Below are positions 10,578 to 19,386 of a stretch of DNA of 64,000 bases, piece after piece. Each line of letters starts with the position of its first letter. The first letter of the stretch is position 1. A program made the position numbers and the translations under genes. The notes under the pieces are model-generated. The model was not told where the DNA came from. It did no database searches and saw only the letters and a program-made list of their open reading frames with translations. The DNA is taken from NCBI GenBank assembly GCA_963708295.1, contig CAVPSJ010000004.1, positions 1 through 64,000 on the forward strand, given 5' to 3'. Source of the DNA: an uncultured delta proteobacterium. GTDB lineage: Bacteria; Desulfobacterota; BSN033; UBA1163.

Positions 10578-10707
10578 GCCTAACCTCTTTAGAGTGACTA
10601 ACGTTATCTCTTGTTCATAGAAGTAAAGATTGCTAACAATTCACCGCATTCATCCTATTTGGGGTTCAATCTTTCCCAAGACAACCAGCCCGTTCACTTC
10701 CGCCCAC

Positions 10708-12062
10708 TTATAAGGCGGATACTCCCGAAAAATTGAATCCGTCAATTTTGATAGCAGGAACGACCGTGCCCGTGATAAAACGCCTTGAATAGACCGTTCC
10801 CTCCGAGCAAATCTTTCTATCTTTTGAGACAGCGCTTACCCGAGACAGAGCCTTCAGGACGGATTCCGTAAACCTGAGGTTCTTGACCGGTCTTGTCATC
10901 TCCCCTTCTTCAATCAAGAACGTCCCATCCCGGGTCATCCCGGTGATCACGGCTTTCATGGGTTCGACGACATTGGTATAATGAAATCGGGTTACATAAA
11001 TTCCTCTTCGAACCGACTGAATCATCTTTTCCAGGGAGGATCCCCCCCCTTCATAAAGAGGTTGATGGGAATGGGGCCAGATGTGTTGGGTGCGATCAAA
11101 CCATGTCCCGTAGATTTCTTTCCTTCTCGCCCGGCCGTGAAGGAGTCATAAGTCACCTCTTTCGCCACCCCTCCTTCAAAAAAGGTGACCTTCTTCTTCG
11201 GAACCCCTTCGAAATCGAAAGGAACCTGTAACCCTTCCGGGTCAAAACCGTCATCATAAATCGTCACCTTTTCATCCACCATTTTTTCTCCGAATCGATT
11301 GGAAAAAAAACTTCGGCCCTCTTGTACCGCCAGGGCATGGAAACCCAGATAGCCCAGAAAGGATAAGAGCTCACTTACCGCGTAGGGTTCTAGAATGACC
11401 TCATACTCGCCCGGTTCTACCTGAATCGCCTCTTCCTTGGACGTCTTTCCGATCGCCTCTTCAGCTAAAGAATCGATATCTAATCGATCAGGGTCCCTGG
11501 CAACGAAACTCGCATAACTCGAATTCTTTTCATTTTCCACGATCAGATGGAGGAACAGGTCAGAAAATTCCTGATAGGCTTCCACGCCGAGCGAATTGAC
11601 CACTGCCAGCTCGACCCCCCCATTCGAAAAGGCACCGGAAGCCTTGCATCCCTTTTCTCCTACCCGTCTCAAGAGGTTTTGAACCATCTTTACTTTCTGA
11701 CGGGGGGTAAGACGACTGATATTTCTGGAGAAGGTCTCGATCTCCGGAATGGGTTTCGGCCCTGGCAACGTGATAAATTCGTCATTGGGTTGCTGAACCC
11801 TGGCAAGAGACAGGGCTTTCTGAAGAGATTGCCTCAGCGAGGACGGCTGAAATAGGTTGGTCGTGACCACCGCAATCTTTTTCCCCAAAACCACCCGGAG
11901 GACGATCGTCTGGTTTCTCTCCGCCACATGCTGGTGAACGGCAGAGCCGGCAAACCGGGTCAGCGAGGAGTCTTCTGTTAAGAGGATCGCTTCTGTCTGA
12001 TCGGCAGGGGATTCTTGGACCAACTTTCTTAATACACGGAGAGCAGACTCTTTCTGGATCAA
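10708..12062 (-). CDS. tldE: TldE/PmbA (apparent frameshift near the C8 run at 11042-11049)
   Basis: TRFAGSAVHQ, GEYEVILEP, FDFEGVPK, STGH, then GIYVTRFHY..TGMTRDG in the next frame. Confidence 0.88.
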
Positions 12063-12066
12063 TGGA

Positions 12067-12456
12067 TCACCCCCGTTTTCTTTTCTGATAATCCGCCACA
12101 GCCGCACGGATCGCTTTCTCTGCCAGGACAGAGCAATGGACCTTCGAGGGCGGAAGTCCACCCAGGGCATCGGCGATCATCTGATCCGAAACCAGAAGGG
12201 CCTCGTCCGTCGTTTTTCCTTTGATCATCTCCGTGGTCATGCTCGAGGAAGCGATGGCCGCACCACACCCGAAAGTCAGAAACTTCGCATCAAGAATCCG
12301 ACCCGTCTCCACTTTGATAAAAAGCCGCATCGTATCACCGCAAACAGGATTCTGAGCTTCTCCGAGTCCATCCGGGTTCTCCATTTCGCCCATATTTCTC
12401 GGATGCTTCAGATGGTCCATCACCAATCGATTATAAGAACTTGTCTCTTCGGCCAC
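12067..12456 (-). CDS. iscU: IscU/NifU Fe-S scaffold protein
   Basis: PRNMG, NPVCGD, FGCGAAIAS, LPPSKVHCSVLA. Confidence 0.93.
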   Translation of the reverse strand: MAEETSSYNRLVMDHLKHPRNMGEMENPDGLGEAQNPVCGDTMRLFIKVETGRILDAKFLTFGCGAAIASSSMTTEMIKGKTTDEALLVSDQMIADALGGLPPSKVHCSVLAEKAIRAAVADYQKRKRG

Positions 12457-12475
12457 GTTGGGATCCTTAACTCAG

Positions 12476-12524
12476 CCCTGCTCCCTTCCCCTCTCCCCCT
12501 GGGAGAGAGAGCGGCGTGAGGGGG
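12476..12524. repeat. REP-like intergenic palindrome (CCCTCTCCC...GGGAGAG family)
   Basis: ccctctccccctgggagagagagcggcgtgagggg; related copies at about 39813-39875, 44419-44459 and 48478-48546. Confidence 0.65.
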
Positions 12525-12536
12525 CAACGGTATGCG

Positions 12537-13721
12537 CTAGGCTTCTCTTATCTTACGAGCAAACTCTCTTCCAAATTGGATCGCACTTTTCAATTCTTCC
12601 GGATCCGGAACAAATTGGACAGGGAGCTCCCTTTCCCAAATCTCAAATTTCTCCTGTTCGAGGACCTTTCTCATTTCTTTGATCGCTCCTCCTCCCCATC
12701 CATACGACCCAAAGAGACCGAAAACCTTTCCCTTGGGTCTCAGCCCTTTCGTATAAGTTAAAATATCTCCCATCGTGGGAAACATCCCGTTATTCAAGGT
12801 GGGAGAGCCCAAAAGAATACCTTTAGCTTCCAGCATCTCTTCAATGACGTCACTCCGATGATTGGATCGGAGATGGAGCAGTCTCGTATCGACTCCCTCC
12901 TCAATCAAGCCTTTGAGGATGGCCTTGGCCATGCTTTCCGTACTTCCCCACATCGTATCGTAGATGACAAGGATTTTATTTCCGGCTTTTCCCTGGCTCC
13001 AGTTCACGTAGGCCTCAATGATGCGGCCGGGATTCTTTCTCCAGATGAGACCGTGGCTGGGGGCAATCATATCGATGGGGATTCCCATCTTCACCACTTC
13101 GTCCACTTTTTTCAAAATGAGCGGCGCCAGAGGCCAGAGGATATTGGCATAATATTTTGCGGCGTGCCTCATCACCTCGTCGCCCACCTCATCCTCGAAC
13201 CTCTGAGAAGAGGCGACGTGCTGGCCGAAAGCATCATTCGGCAAAAGAAGCTGATCTTCTTTGATATAAGTGAACATGCTGTCCGGCCAGTGAAGCATGG
13301 GGGCTTCCACAAAGGTGAGGGTCCGATGACCGATGGGAACCGCTTCTCCGCTCTTCACGATCTTGAATCTCAACGGTTTCTTATAGTGTTTTGTCAGGCC
13401 TTTTTGCCCCCTCTCTGAAGTGATCACAGTCGGATCTCCAATCCGTTCGACCATCTGAGTGAGTGAACCGGAGTGATCCATCTCCACATGATTCGAAACA
13501 ATCACATCAATTTTTGATGGATCGATGATCTCTGATATCCGCCCCAGCATCTCGAGATAGAAAGGAGCCTTCACCGTATCCACAAGAACATTCTTCTCGT
13601 CCAGGATCAAATAGGCGTTGTAAGTTGTCCCATAAGGAGTGGAATAGCCATGAAAATCTCTTATGTTCCAATCAATCGCTCCGACCCAATAAATCCCTTT
13701 CTTCAGTTCCACCTTCCCCAT
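12537..13721 (-). CDS. fprA: FprA flavodiiron protein (O2/NO reductase)
   Basis: GTTYNAY, NHVEMDHSG, HWPDSM, NDAFGQH, APSHG and a flavodoxin domain. Confidence 0.95.
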   Translation of the reverse strand: MGKVELKKGIYWVGAIDWNIRDFHGYSTPYGTTYNAYLILDEKNVLVDTVKAPFYLEMLGRISEIIDPSKIDVIVSNHVEMDHSGSLTQMVERIGDPTVITSERGQKGLTKHYKKPLRFKIVKSGEAVPIGHRTLTFVEAPMLHWPDSMFTYIKEDQLLLPNDAFGQHVASSQRFEDEVGDEVMRHAAKYYANILWPLAPLILKKVDEVVKMGIPIDMIAPSHGLIWRKNPGRIIEAYVNWSQGKAGNKILVIYDTMWGSTESMAKAILKGLIEEGVDTRLLHLRSNHRSDVIEEMLEAKGILLGSPTLNNGMFPTMGDILTYTKGLRPKGKVFGLFGSYGWGGGAIKEMRKVLEQEKFEIWERELPVQFVPDPEELKSAIQFGREFARKIREA

Positions 13722-13768
13722 AAGCTCCCTCCGTCTTATCTTGATATCTCATTAGAAACCATGAATTC

Positions 13769-13809
13769 CAAAAAATCAAGGCCCTTCAAACAATGATGTT
13801 TGAAGGGCC
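13769..13809 (-). terminator. Intrinsic terminator after the Cys-rich gene
   Basis: 13-bp perfect stem ggcccttcaaaca/tgtttgaagggcc, followed by a U-rich tract on the minus strand. Confidence 0.7.
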
Positions 13810-13871
13810 ATTAAAGATTGACTCTTCGTTAGTAAATAAGCGACCGATCCCTAAATTTGAAGCTCCTCAAC

Positions 13872-14123
13872 CTAACTCTTTATTTTCTTCGGTTGGCACA
13901 CTTCCTCTTTGCCCACTGCCACCCGGCCGCAGGCATCACAGACATAGTTTAGTTTTGTGACCTTCGGCTTGCAGACATGCCTTGGATCACTAACGGTGAT
14001 GCCGCAATACTCACAGGTATAAGCTTTCTTAACCTCCTTAGGGCTACACAGATGGCCTTTCTCAGTGGTTACCAGCCCGCAAGTTTTACACTTATAAACT
14101 TTTGCCGTTGATTTTGTTGCCAT
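13872..14123 (-). CDS. Small Cys-rich protein with three CxxCG-x8-(H/E)xCxP repeats (putative Zn/Fe finger)
   Basis: YKCKTCG..HLCSP, YTCEYCG..HVCKP, YVCDACG..EVCQP; AAAGGAG RBS. Confidence 0.85.
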   Translation of the reverse strand: MATKSTAKVYKCKTCGLVTTEKGHLCSPKEVKKAYTCEYCGITVSDPRHVCKPKVTKLNYVCDACGRVAVGKEEVCQPKKIKS

Positions 14124-14408
14124 TTTTCATTTCTCCTTTCTTCCCCTATTTCACTTCTTTGAAATCACCTCAAGAGAATCGAGTATTTTCTTTAAATCCT
14201 CACGGTCGTTTTTGACTTCCTTCCCCAAATTTGCCCCCACTAAAATTTTAGCCGGCTCACCTTAAGAATGATCCCTTAACCTTATTATTACAAATAATAA
14301 TCATCAAGTTCTGGAAAGTAAATAAGGGTAACTATGTATTTTAGTATTAGAAAGGGTATCGTTGGAAATTGAATCTCGACGGTGAGCATGCCAAGGGATG
14401 GATTTCTT

Positions 14409-15149
14409 TTATCTAACATGGCCTACCGCTCCAAGATAGACGGAAATTTCATTCTTCCCATCCACACCTATCACACGGTCCACCTCTTCATCGAAGAAGG
14501 CTCCCACCGTGCAGCAACCAAGGTCCAATGCCGTAGCGGCCAAATAGAGCGTTTGACCGATATGCCCTACATCCATGTAGATGTAACGATAAGCCCTCTC
14601 TCGATATTTCCACTTCGACCGTTCGACAATAGCTGTCCAGACGAAGACGCAAGCCGCCTCTGCAAGCATCCCTTGACCCAATCCGGCTTGAGAAAGCTCA
14701 GGGCCAAAATGGCCTTCCTTCAAAAGAGTGAGTTGGGTCTCCCTCACATCGTAGTGATAGAGCCCCCGTGGAATTTCTTCGACCCGGTTCGCGACGAGAT
14801 AAGTCTCAATCGGATAGAGGGCACCGGCAGAGGGCGAAGCCCTAAAATCAAACCCTCGCGTCTTCGAGGTAATCCCTTGAGTGGCCCAGATCAATTGAGA
14901 AAGTTCACCAAGGGTAAGGGATTGATCGGAAAAATCCCGGACGGATCGTCTCTGAGCAACCGCTTCCCAGAGGGACTTTCCACCTTTTGGATCCAGAGGG
15001 CGAATAGGGAAACGGATTACTGCATGGGCAATTTCTTTATAGGGCGGGGGTTGATGGGTCCAGTCGAGTCTTCCTCGCGGCATGGATTCTCTTCGATATT
15101 TTGTCTCCTGATGATACAGATCGCCGATCCCCTCTTTTCTTCCGTCCAT
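14409..15149 (-). CDS. SagB/ThcOx-family nitroreductase-like dehydrogenase
   Basis: RRSVRDF, RASPSAGALYP, KYRERAYRY. Start placed at ATG 15149 (GGAGG RBS). Confidence 0.9.
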   Translation of the reverse strand: MDGRKEGIGDLYHQETKYRRESMPRGRLDWTHQPPPYKEIAHAVIRFPIRPLDPKGGKSLWEAVAQRRSVRDFSDQSLTLGELSQLIWATQGITSKTRGFDFRASPSAGALYPIETYLVANRVEEIPRGLYHYDVRETQLTLLKEGHFGPELSQAGLGQGMLAEAACVFVWTAIVERSKWKYRERAYRYIYMDVGHIGQTLYLAATALDLGCCTVGAFFDEEVDRVIGVDGKNEISVYLGAVGHVR

Positions 15150-15346
15150 GGTGCACCTCCTGAGAATTTTACTACCAAAAATTCGCTTAAATAGCAATTG
15201 GGGATGATGGGGAAAGAGGTTCTCTTTTTTTCTTTCGCTTGACAATCCGGGGCATGATTCGGACTTTAACCGGAGTTGAAACGAAAGGATACTATGGCTT
15301 GCAACCCCGCTGGAGCGAAGAGGAGTGAACAGAAAAGATAGGCTGC

Positions 15347-15375
15347 CTCAGGGCAGGCATTCAGCCTGCCCTGAG
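15347..15375. repeat. Perfect 12-bp intergenic inverted repeat
   Basis: ctcagggcaggc-attca-gcctgccctgag. Confidence 0.7.
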
Positions 15376-15498
15376 TATTCTTGATGCCTCACAGAAGAAT
15401 TGTCGCAAATTTGTCAAAATTTGGCACAAAACGCTGCTTCATTGATCCTTCTTCTCTAGAATTCTCTTAAGTTTCAATATATTGCAATCCATTTGGCT

Positions 15499-15514
15499 TG
15501 GCACGACAATTGCT
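15499..15514 (+). promoter_or_regulatory. Sigma-54 (-24/-12) promoter
   Basis: TGGCAC-GACAA-TTGCT matches the TGGCAC-N5-TTGC consensus, about 90 nt upstream of the HTH gene. Confidence 0.75.
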
Positions 15515-15606
15515 TATTTTCAGATTAGTTTTTTCTGGCTAGCATCTATGTTTGTGAGACACCAAAGAAACAAATAGCAATTAGGATTTTCTTCGGCATC
15601 GCAATT

Positions 15607-15936
15607 ATGGAGTCTCTGGGGAAATTCTTAAGGAAGGAAAGGGAGACACGAAACATCTCGTTGGAGCAAGTCTCTAAGTTCACCAAGATAAAGCAGCACC
15701 ATCTCAAAGCCATCGAAGAAGGAAGGCCTGAGCTTCTCCCTCCCACCCCTTACGTAAAAGGATACCTCAACGTTTACGCCAAGTATCTCACCCTCGATCC
15801 GAAAACCATCATTCTTCGGTACGAAGAGTATTTGAAGAGTCTTATTCCTCCAGAACCCGTTCAGTTGCAGCATCAAGCTTTACACAAGAAAAAAAGTGCC
15901 CGACCGTGGTATTCCTTATCTTTCATCTTTTCGTAG
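15607..15936 (+). CDS. Stand-alone RodZ-like helix-turn-helix protein (HTH_25)
   Basis: SLGKFLRKERETRNISLEQVSKFTKIK..AIEEG..YVKGYL. Confidence 0.85.
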   Translation: MESLGKFLRKERETRNISLEQVSKFTKIKQHHLKAIEEGRPELLPPTPYVKGYLNVYAKYLTLDPKTIILRYEEYLKSLIPPEPVQLQHQALHKKKSARPWYSLSFIFS

Positions 15937-16010
15937 ACCATTTCACACCGATAAATTGCCTCCGTATCACAGCCTCTTCTTGGCGGAAGACCACCTACTC
16001 CGCCCATCAG

Positions 16011-16361
16011 CTAACAACAGTTTGAACCGCTCGCCTCTTGAGAGCATTCCGTCCGGTTGTTTGGCTTTTCCTCGGAGTCTAGCGTACAGCAACAGGAAGA
16101 TTTTTTTCGGCCCAGCATGGAGTTGATGACTGCAGCGGCGCACCCTACCCCTGAGCGGACACCCAGAGCTCCGAAGGGGCAATTTTGGGCACAGGCACCG
16201 CATTCCATGCAAGCGTCCCTGTTCACAATTTCAATCTTACCGTTTGTCAGACTCAAGACTGCATGGGGGCAGACCAAGAGACACGTTCCGCACCCGACAC
16301 ATTTTTTCTGATCAAGTTCTAAGGTGACCACATCCTTTAGATAGATGAACGGGCTTGTCAT
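16011..16361 (-). CDS. hgcB: Mercury methylation ferredoxin HgcB
   Basis: CVGCGTCLLVCPH, CMECGACAQNCP, GVGCA and a C-terminal CCC...CC; directly downstream of hgcA. Confidence 0.95.
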   Translation of the reverse strand: MTSPFIYLKDVVTLELDQKKCVGCGTCLLVCPHAVLSLTNGKIEIVNRDACMECGACAQNCPFGALGVRSGVGCAAAVINSMLGRKKSSCCCTLDSEEKPNNRTECSQEASGSNCC

Positions 16362-16370
16362 TTGAACTCC

Positions 16371-17519
16371 TCACGCGATAAATTGTGATCCAACCCAGAG
16401 AATCATCCCCGCAATCCCGGCACCGATCTCCAGTGGCAAAGCCCACCGCATTTCTTTTCTCACTCCGGAGAGAGATGTATAGGTGGAGGCTCCCGTGAAG
16501 TTCATTGCCAGATAGGCTGAAAGGGCCGGTATAAGAAGTACCCAGGCCAATATCTCGAAGCCGCCCGCCTTGGTGATCCAGCCACCCCAAAGACAACTGG
16601 CACCCATAAGAGCGAAGACGGCTCCAAGACCTAGGCCCTTGACTGAAAAGGCCCTGCCCGGCAGCCATGGGAGGAGAAGAGGGGTTAAGACCGCACCCGC
16701 CAGAATAGCAGCCAGCAGGGCAAAGACAGCAAATAGACCGTGGCTTAAAGCATTCGTCCAGCCCTCTCTTGATCTCCCGAATAACGCCAGGAGAAAGAAG
16801 AGGAGAATAACCAGGGCGCCGGGTTTTAGGGCTCCCACGAGTTCCATGGGTACCAGTTCCAAGCGCTCCCAAGTCGTAAAAGTCTTCAGCCTCATTTCAG
16901 ACGTCGCCTTCAGTCCGGCATCCAAAAAGACGGGGATATCCTTTGAACGGATGGGACCATAAGTCACCTTGAACCCGGATGATTTCTTAACCAGGTGGGC
17001 CGCCACTCCCGGACCCGACAATTGAGGCAGTATGAGTTCCCGATGTGAAACGATTTGCGCCAGCCTGACTGATTCCATTCGACCGATGAGTTCATTCGTT
17101 CCGAAGGTCCCCTTGCCCGAAGCGCACCAGACATTGATCCCTTGCGTATTCAGAACCAGGATCCACACATCCCGGCTGGGCAACGCTTCCCGGAGTTTGT
17201 CAAAGCTCATCTTATAATTCGCCGTCACTAAGACCGGGGATTTCTGATCAGGTTCACCCAATGCATAAAGGCCGGGATCGACCGTGTAATGCATTCGACC
17301 TATCCCCCAGCGAGCCTTAAACGCTCCCAACCCATCCGCCCAAACAAGGGAGGACGAAACCTGAGGGACAGGGCCAATCGGAGTTTGGATGGAGCCGATG
17401 ATAAAAGGTTGTCTTAGACTCGGAAGGCCCACCTGGGCCCCGCCGCTGCTGGGTCAGCAATTCTTGGGCGCAGATTGACCCTCCTGACCATCCACCCCGC
17501 AATCATCTGTCTCTTTCAT
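16371..17519 (-). CDS. hgcA: Mercury methylation corrinoid protein HgcA, predicted selenoprotein (Sec at codon 22, TGA 17454-17456)
   Basis: Cap helix GINVWCASGKGTFG, PGLYALG, VLVTANYK and C-terminal TMs with NFTGASTYTSLSGV. In-frame extension MKETDDCGVDGQEGQSAPKNC(U)PSSGGAQ from ATG 17519, with a GGGAG RBS. Confidence 0.93.
17421..17445 (-). promoter_or_regulatory. SECIS-like hairpin in hgcA
   Basis: CGG-C-GGGGCCC-AGGT-GGGCCTT-CCG; the G-containing loop begins 19 nt after the UGA. Confidence 0.75.
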
Positions 17520-17546
17520 ATGGTTCTCCCTGCTCCAAAAAAATGA

Positions 17547-17676
17547 TTAACCGGCCATCTCTTCCATCACCCTCTGCCCTCTTTGATCGATACTGATGAT
17601 GGACTCGACCTTACAGAAGCTCGTCTTCTCAGTCACTGGCCTGCATAAAGGCACCTTTTGGACTCTTCTTGGGCAT
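17547..17676 (-). pseudogene. Remnant of an HgcAB-associated HgcC/AbrB-like gene
   Basis: MPKKSPKGA/CRPVTEKTSFCKVESIISIDQRGQ-RVMEEMAG*. Resembles the C-K-V-E-x-x-x-S-x-D-x-R-G-Q start of the AbrB-fold hgc-associated protein, but is frameshifted and lacks the middle. Confidence 0.6.
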
Positions 17677-17700
17677 CCGGTTGTCTCTTTTAAGATTTCA

Positions 17701-17768
17701 TTGATAAGATAGAATAATCAGAATTATCAAACAATGCTGATATTAAAGTATTGGAGAGATGTTGTCAA
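17701..17768 (-). promoter_or_regulatory. Sigma-70 promoter and repeat operator of the hgc locus
   Basis: TTGACA (17763-17768), N17, TAATAT (17740-17745). Downstream are a TTGATAA/TTATCAA inverted repeat (17701-17730) and ATCAG/CTGAT repeats. Confidence 0.65.
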
Positions 17769-17977
17769 GGAAAAAAGAGGAATTCAGATGCGCATCGAAA
17801 AGCGGATGATCTTTTCGAGCATGCCGCAAAGTCGGCTGAAACCAAACTTGAAAGCATCAAGGAGATTCTGGGCCGTCCTTGACCCTTGATCCCCAGGCAA
17901 AACAGTGAGGAGGTTTGCTATCCCCCAGAGGTCAAAAACATATTTTCTTCCGACCGCGCTCTGTCAATGCTCCGGCC

Positions 17978-19255
17978 TCAGACCTCCATAAGAATGAGAT
18001 CTGGATCTTCGAGGCGCGCAATTACGGTCTGAAGGAAGCGGGCTGCTTCTGCGCCGTCCACTACCCGGTGATCGAAAGAGAGAGACAAGGGAAGGATTCT
18101 TCGAATAGCCACTTTTCCGTCCCTGACGACCGGTTTCTCTTCAATCCTCCCGACGCCAAGGATAGCCACCTCGGGATGATTAATGATCGGGGTCCCATAG
18201 ATGCCGCGGACCGTTCCATAGTTGGTGATGGTAAAGGTTCCGCCTTTCAGGTCAGCCAGGTCAATGGTTCTGTTTCTTGCCTTTTCTGCCAATTGAGCCG
18301 ATTCCTGTGCCAGATCGAAGATGGATTTCTCTTTTGCAAGTTTCACCACCGGGACCATCAGCCCTTCCGGAGTATCCGTCGCAAGGCCAATATTGAAATA
18401 TTTCTTGAGGATGATTTCTTCACTCTCATCATCCAGCGTTGCATTGAGATAAGGATGTTCGGTCAGGCCGGCGATGACGGCCTTGATGACGAATGGAAGG
18501 ATGGTCAATTTAATCCCCTTGCTCTCCGCAATCTTTTTCTCCTTTTCCCTGATTTGCCAAAGCTCGGTGACATCCGCTTCATCCATCGCCGAGACGTGGG
18601 GCGCGGTATATTTGGATTTGACCATGGCTTTGGCAATGGACCGCCTGACCCCTCTCAAAGGAATACGTTCTACATACCCATACAGGTCATACTTTTTGGC
18701 CTTCGCAGGCTTCTTGACTTCTTCAACGGGTTTTACCTTGCCTTCTGCAACCTGCCTCACATCTTTTTCCAACACCCGACCCTCAGCCCCGCTCCCCCGC
18801 ACCTGATTGATGTTAACCCCTAACTCTCTCGCCAGAGCCCGAACTGCCGGCGTCGCCAGCGCATGTTCACTGACGAGAACCGGTTTCAACGATGAAACCT
18901 TGACTGCCACTGGAGCGGCTTCTTCAGGGGCCTCTTCCAACTCACCTACGACGCCAACGGATTTAGGCTTAGGCGATGGCGCGGAAGCCCCGGGAGGTGG
19001 GGCGGCCACGGCTTCTCCTTTCTCTCCGATCACGACAATCACCTGACCGACCTTCACAACCTCCTTCTCCTTGGCCATGATCTTCAGAATGACGCCCGTC
19101 CTCGGTGAGGGAATCTCCGCAAGAGCCTTATCAGTCTCTACTTCGACAAGGGGTTGTCCCTCTTTGATCCCGTCCCCTTCTTTAACTAACCAGCGGACAA
19201 TCTCGCCTTCGGTTAATCCTTCTCCGATATCAGGGAATTTGAATTCGAATGCCAT
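17978..19255 (-). CDS. pdhC: 2-oxoacid (pyruvate) dehydrogenase E2 dihydrolipoamide acyltransferase
   Basis: Lipoyl motif EVETDKA, E3-binding ATPAVRALA, catalytic FDHRVVDGA. Confidence 0.93.
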   Translation of the reverse strand: MAFEFKFPDIGEGLTEGEIVRWLVKEGDGIKEGQPLVEVETDKALAEIPSPRTGVILKIMAKEKEVVKVGQVIVVIGEKGEAVAAPPPGASAPSPKPKSVGVVGELEEAPEEAAPVAVKVSSLKPVLVSEHALATPAVRALARELGVNINQVRGSGAEGRVLEKDVRQVAEGKVKPVEEVKKPAKAKKYDLYGYVERIPLRGVRRSIAKAMVKSKYTAPHVSAMDEADVTELWQIREKEKKIAESKGIKLTILPFVIKAVIAGLTEHPYLNATLDDESEEIILKKYFNIGLATDTPEGLMVPVVKLAKEKSIFDLAQESAQLAEKARNRTIDLADLKGGTFTITNYGTVRGIYGTPIINHPEVAILGVGRIEEKPVVRDGKVAIRRILPLSLSFDHRVVDGAEAARFLQTVIARLEDPDLILMEV

Positions 19256-19279
19256 AAAACCCTCCGGTTAAGTCTTATC

Positions 19280-19386
19280 GGAATATTGGAACAATGAGAG
19301 GAAGAATTTAAACAAGAAAGCAACAGAGATTAGGCTCTTTATTTTTGAACCCATCATTCCATTATTCCGGTGTTCCCCTATTCCAT
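19280..19386. repeat. Intergenic element with ggaata/tattcc short-unit inverted ends
   Basis: ggaatattggaacaatg...ccatcattccattattccggtgttcccctattcc; a related copy lies at 21551-21654. Confidence 0.6.

Noticed and set aside
9135-15149. TldD/E plus SagB as an azole-RiPP cluster
   Set aside because: No YcaO or precursor is present; stand-alone SagB-like and TldDE genes are common in anaerobes.
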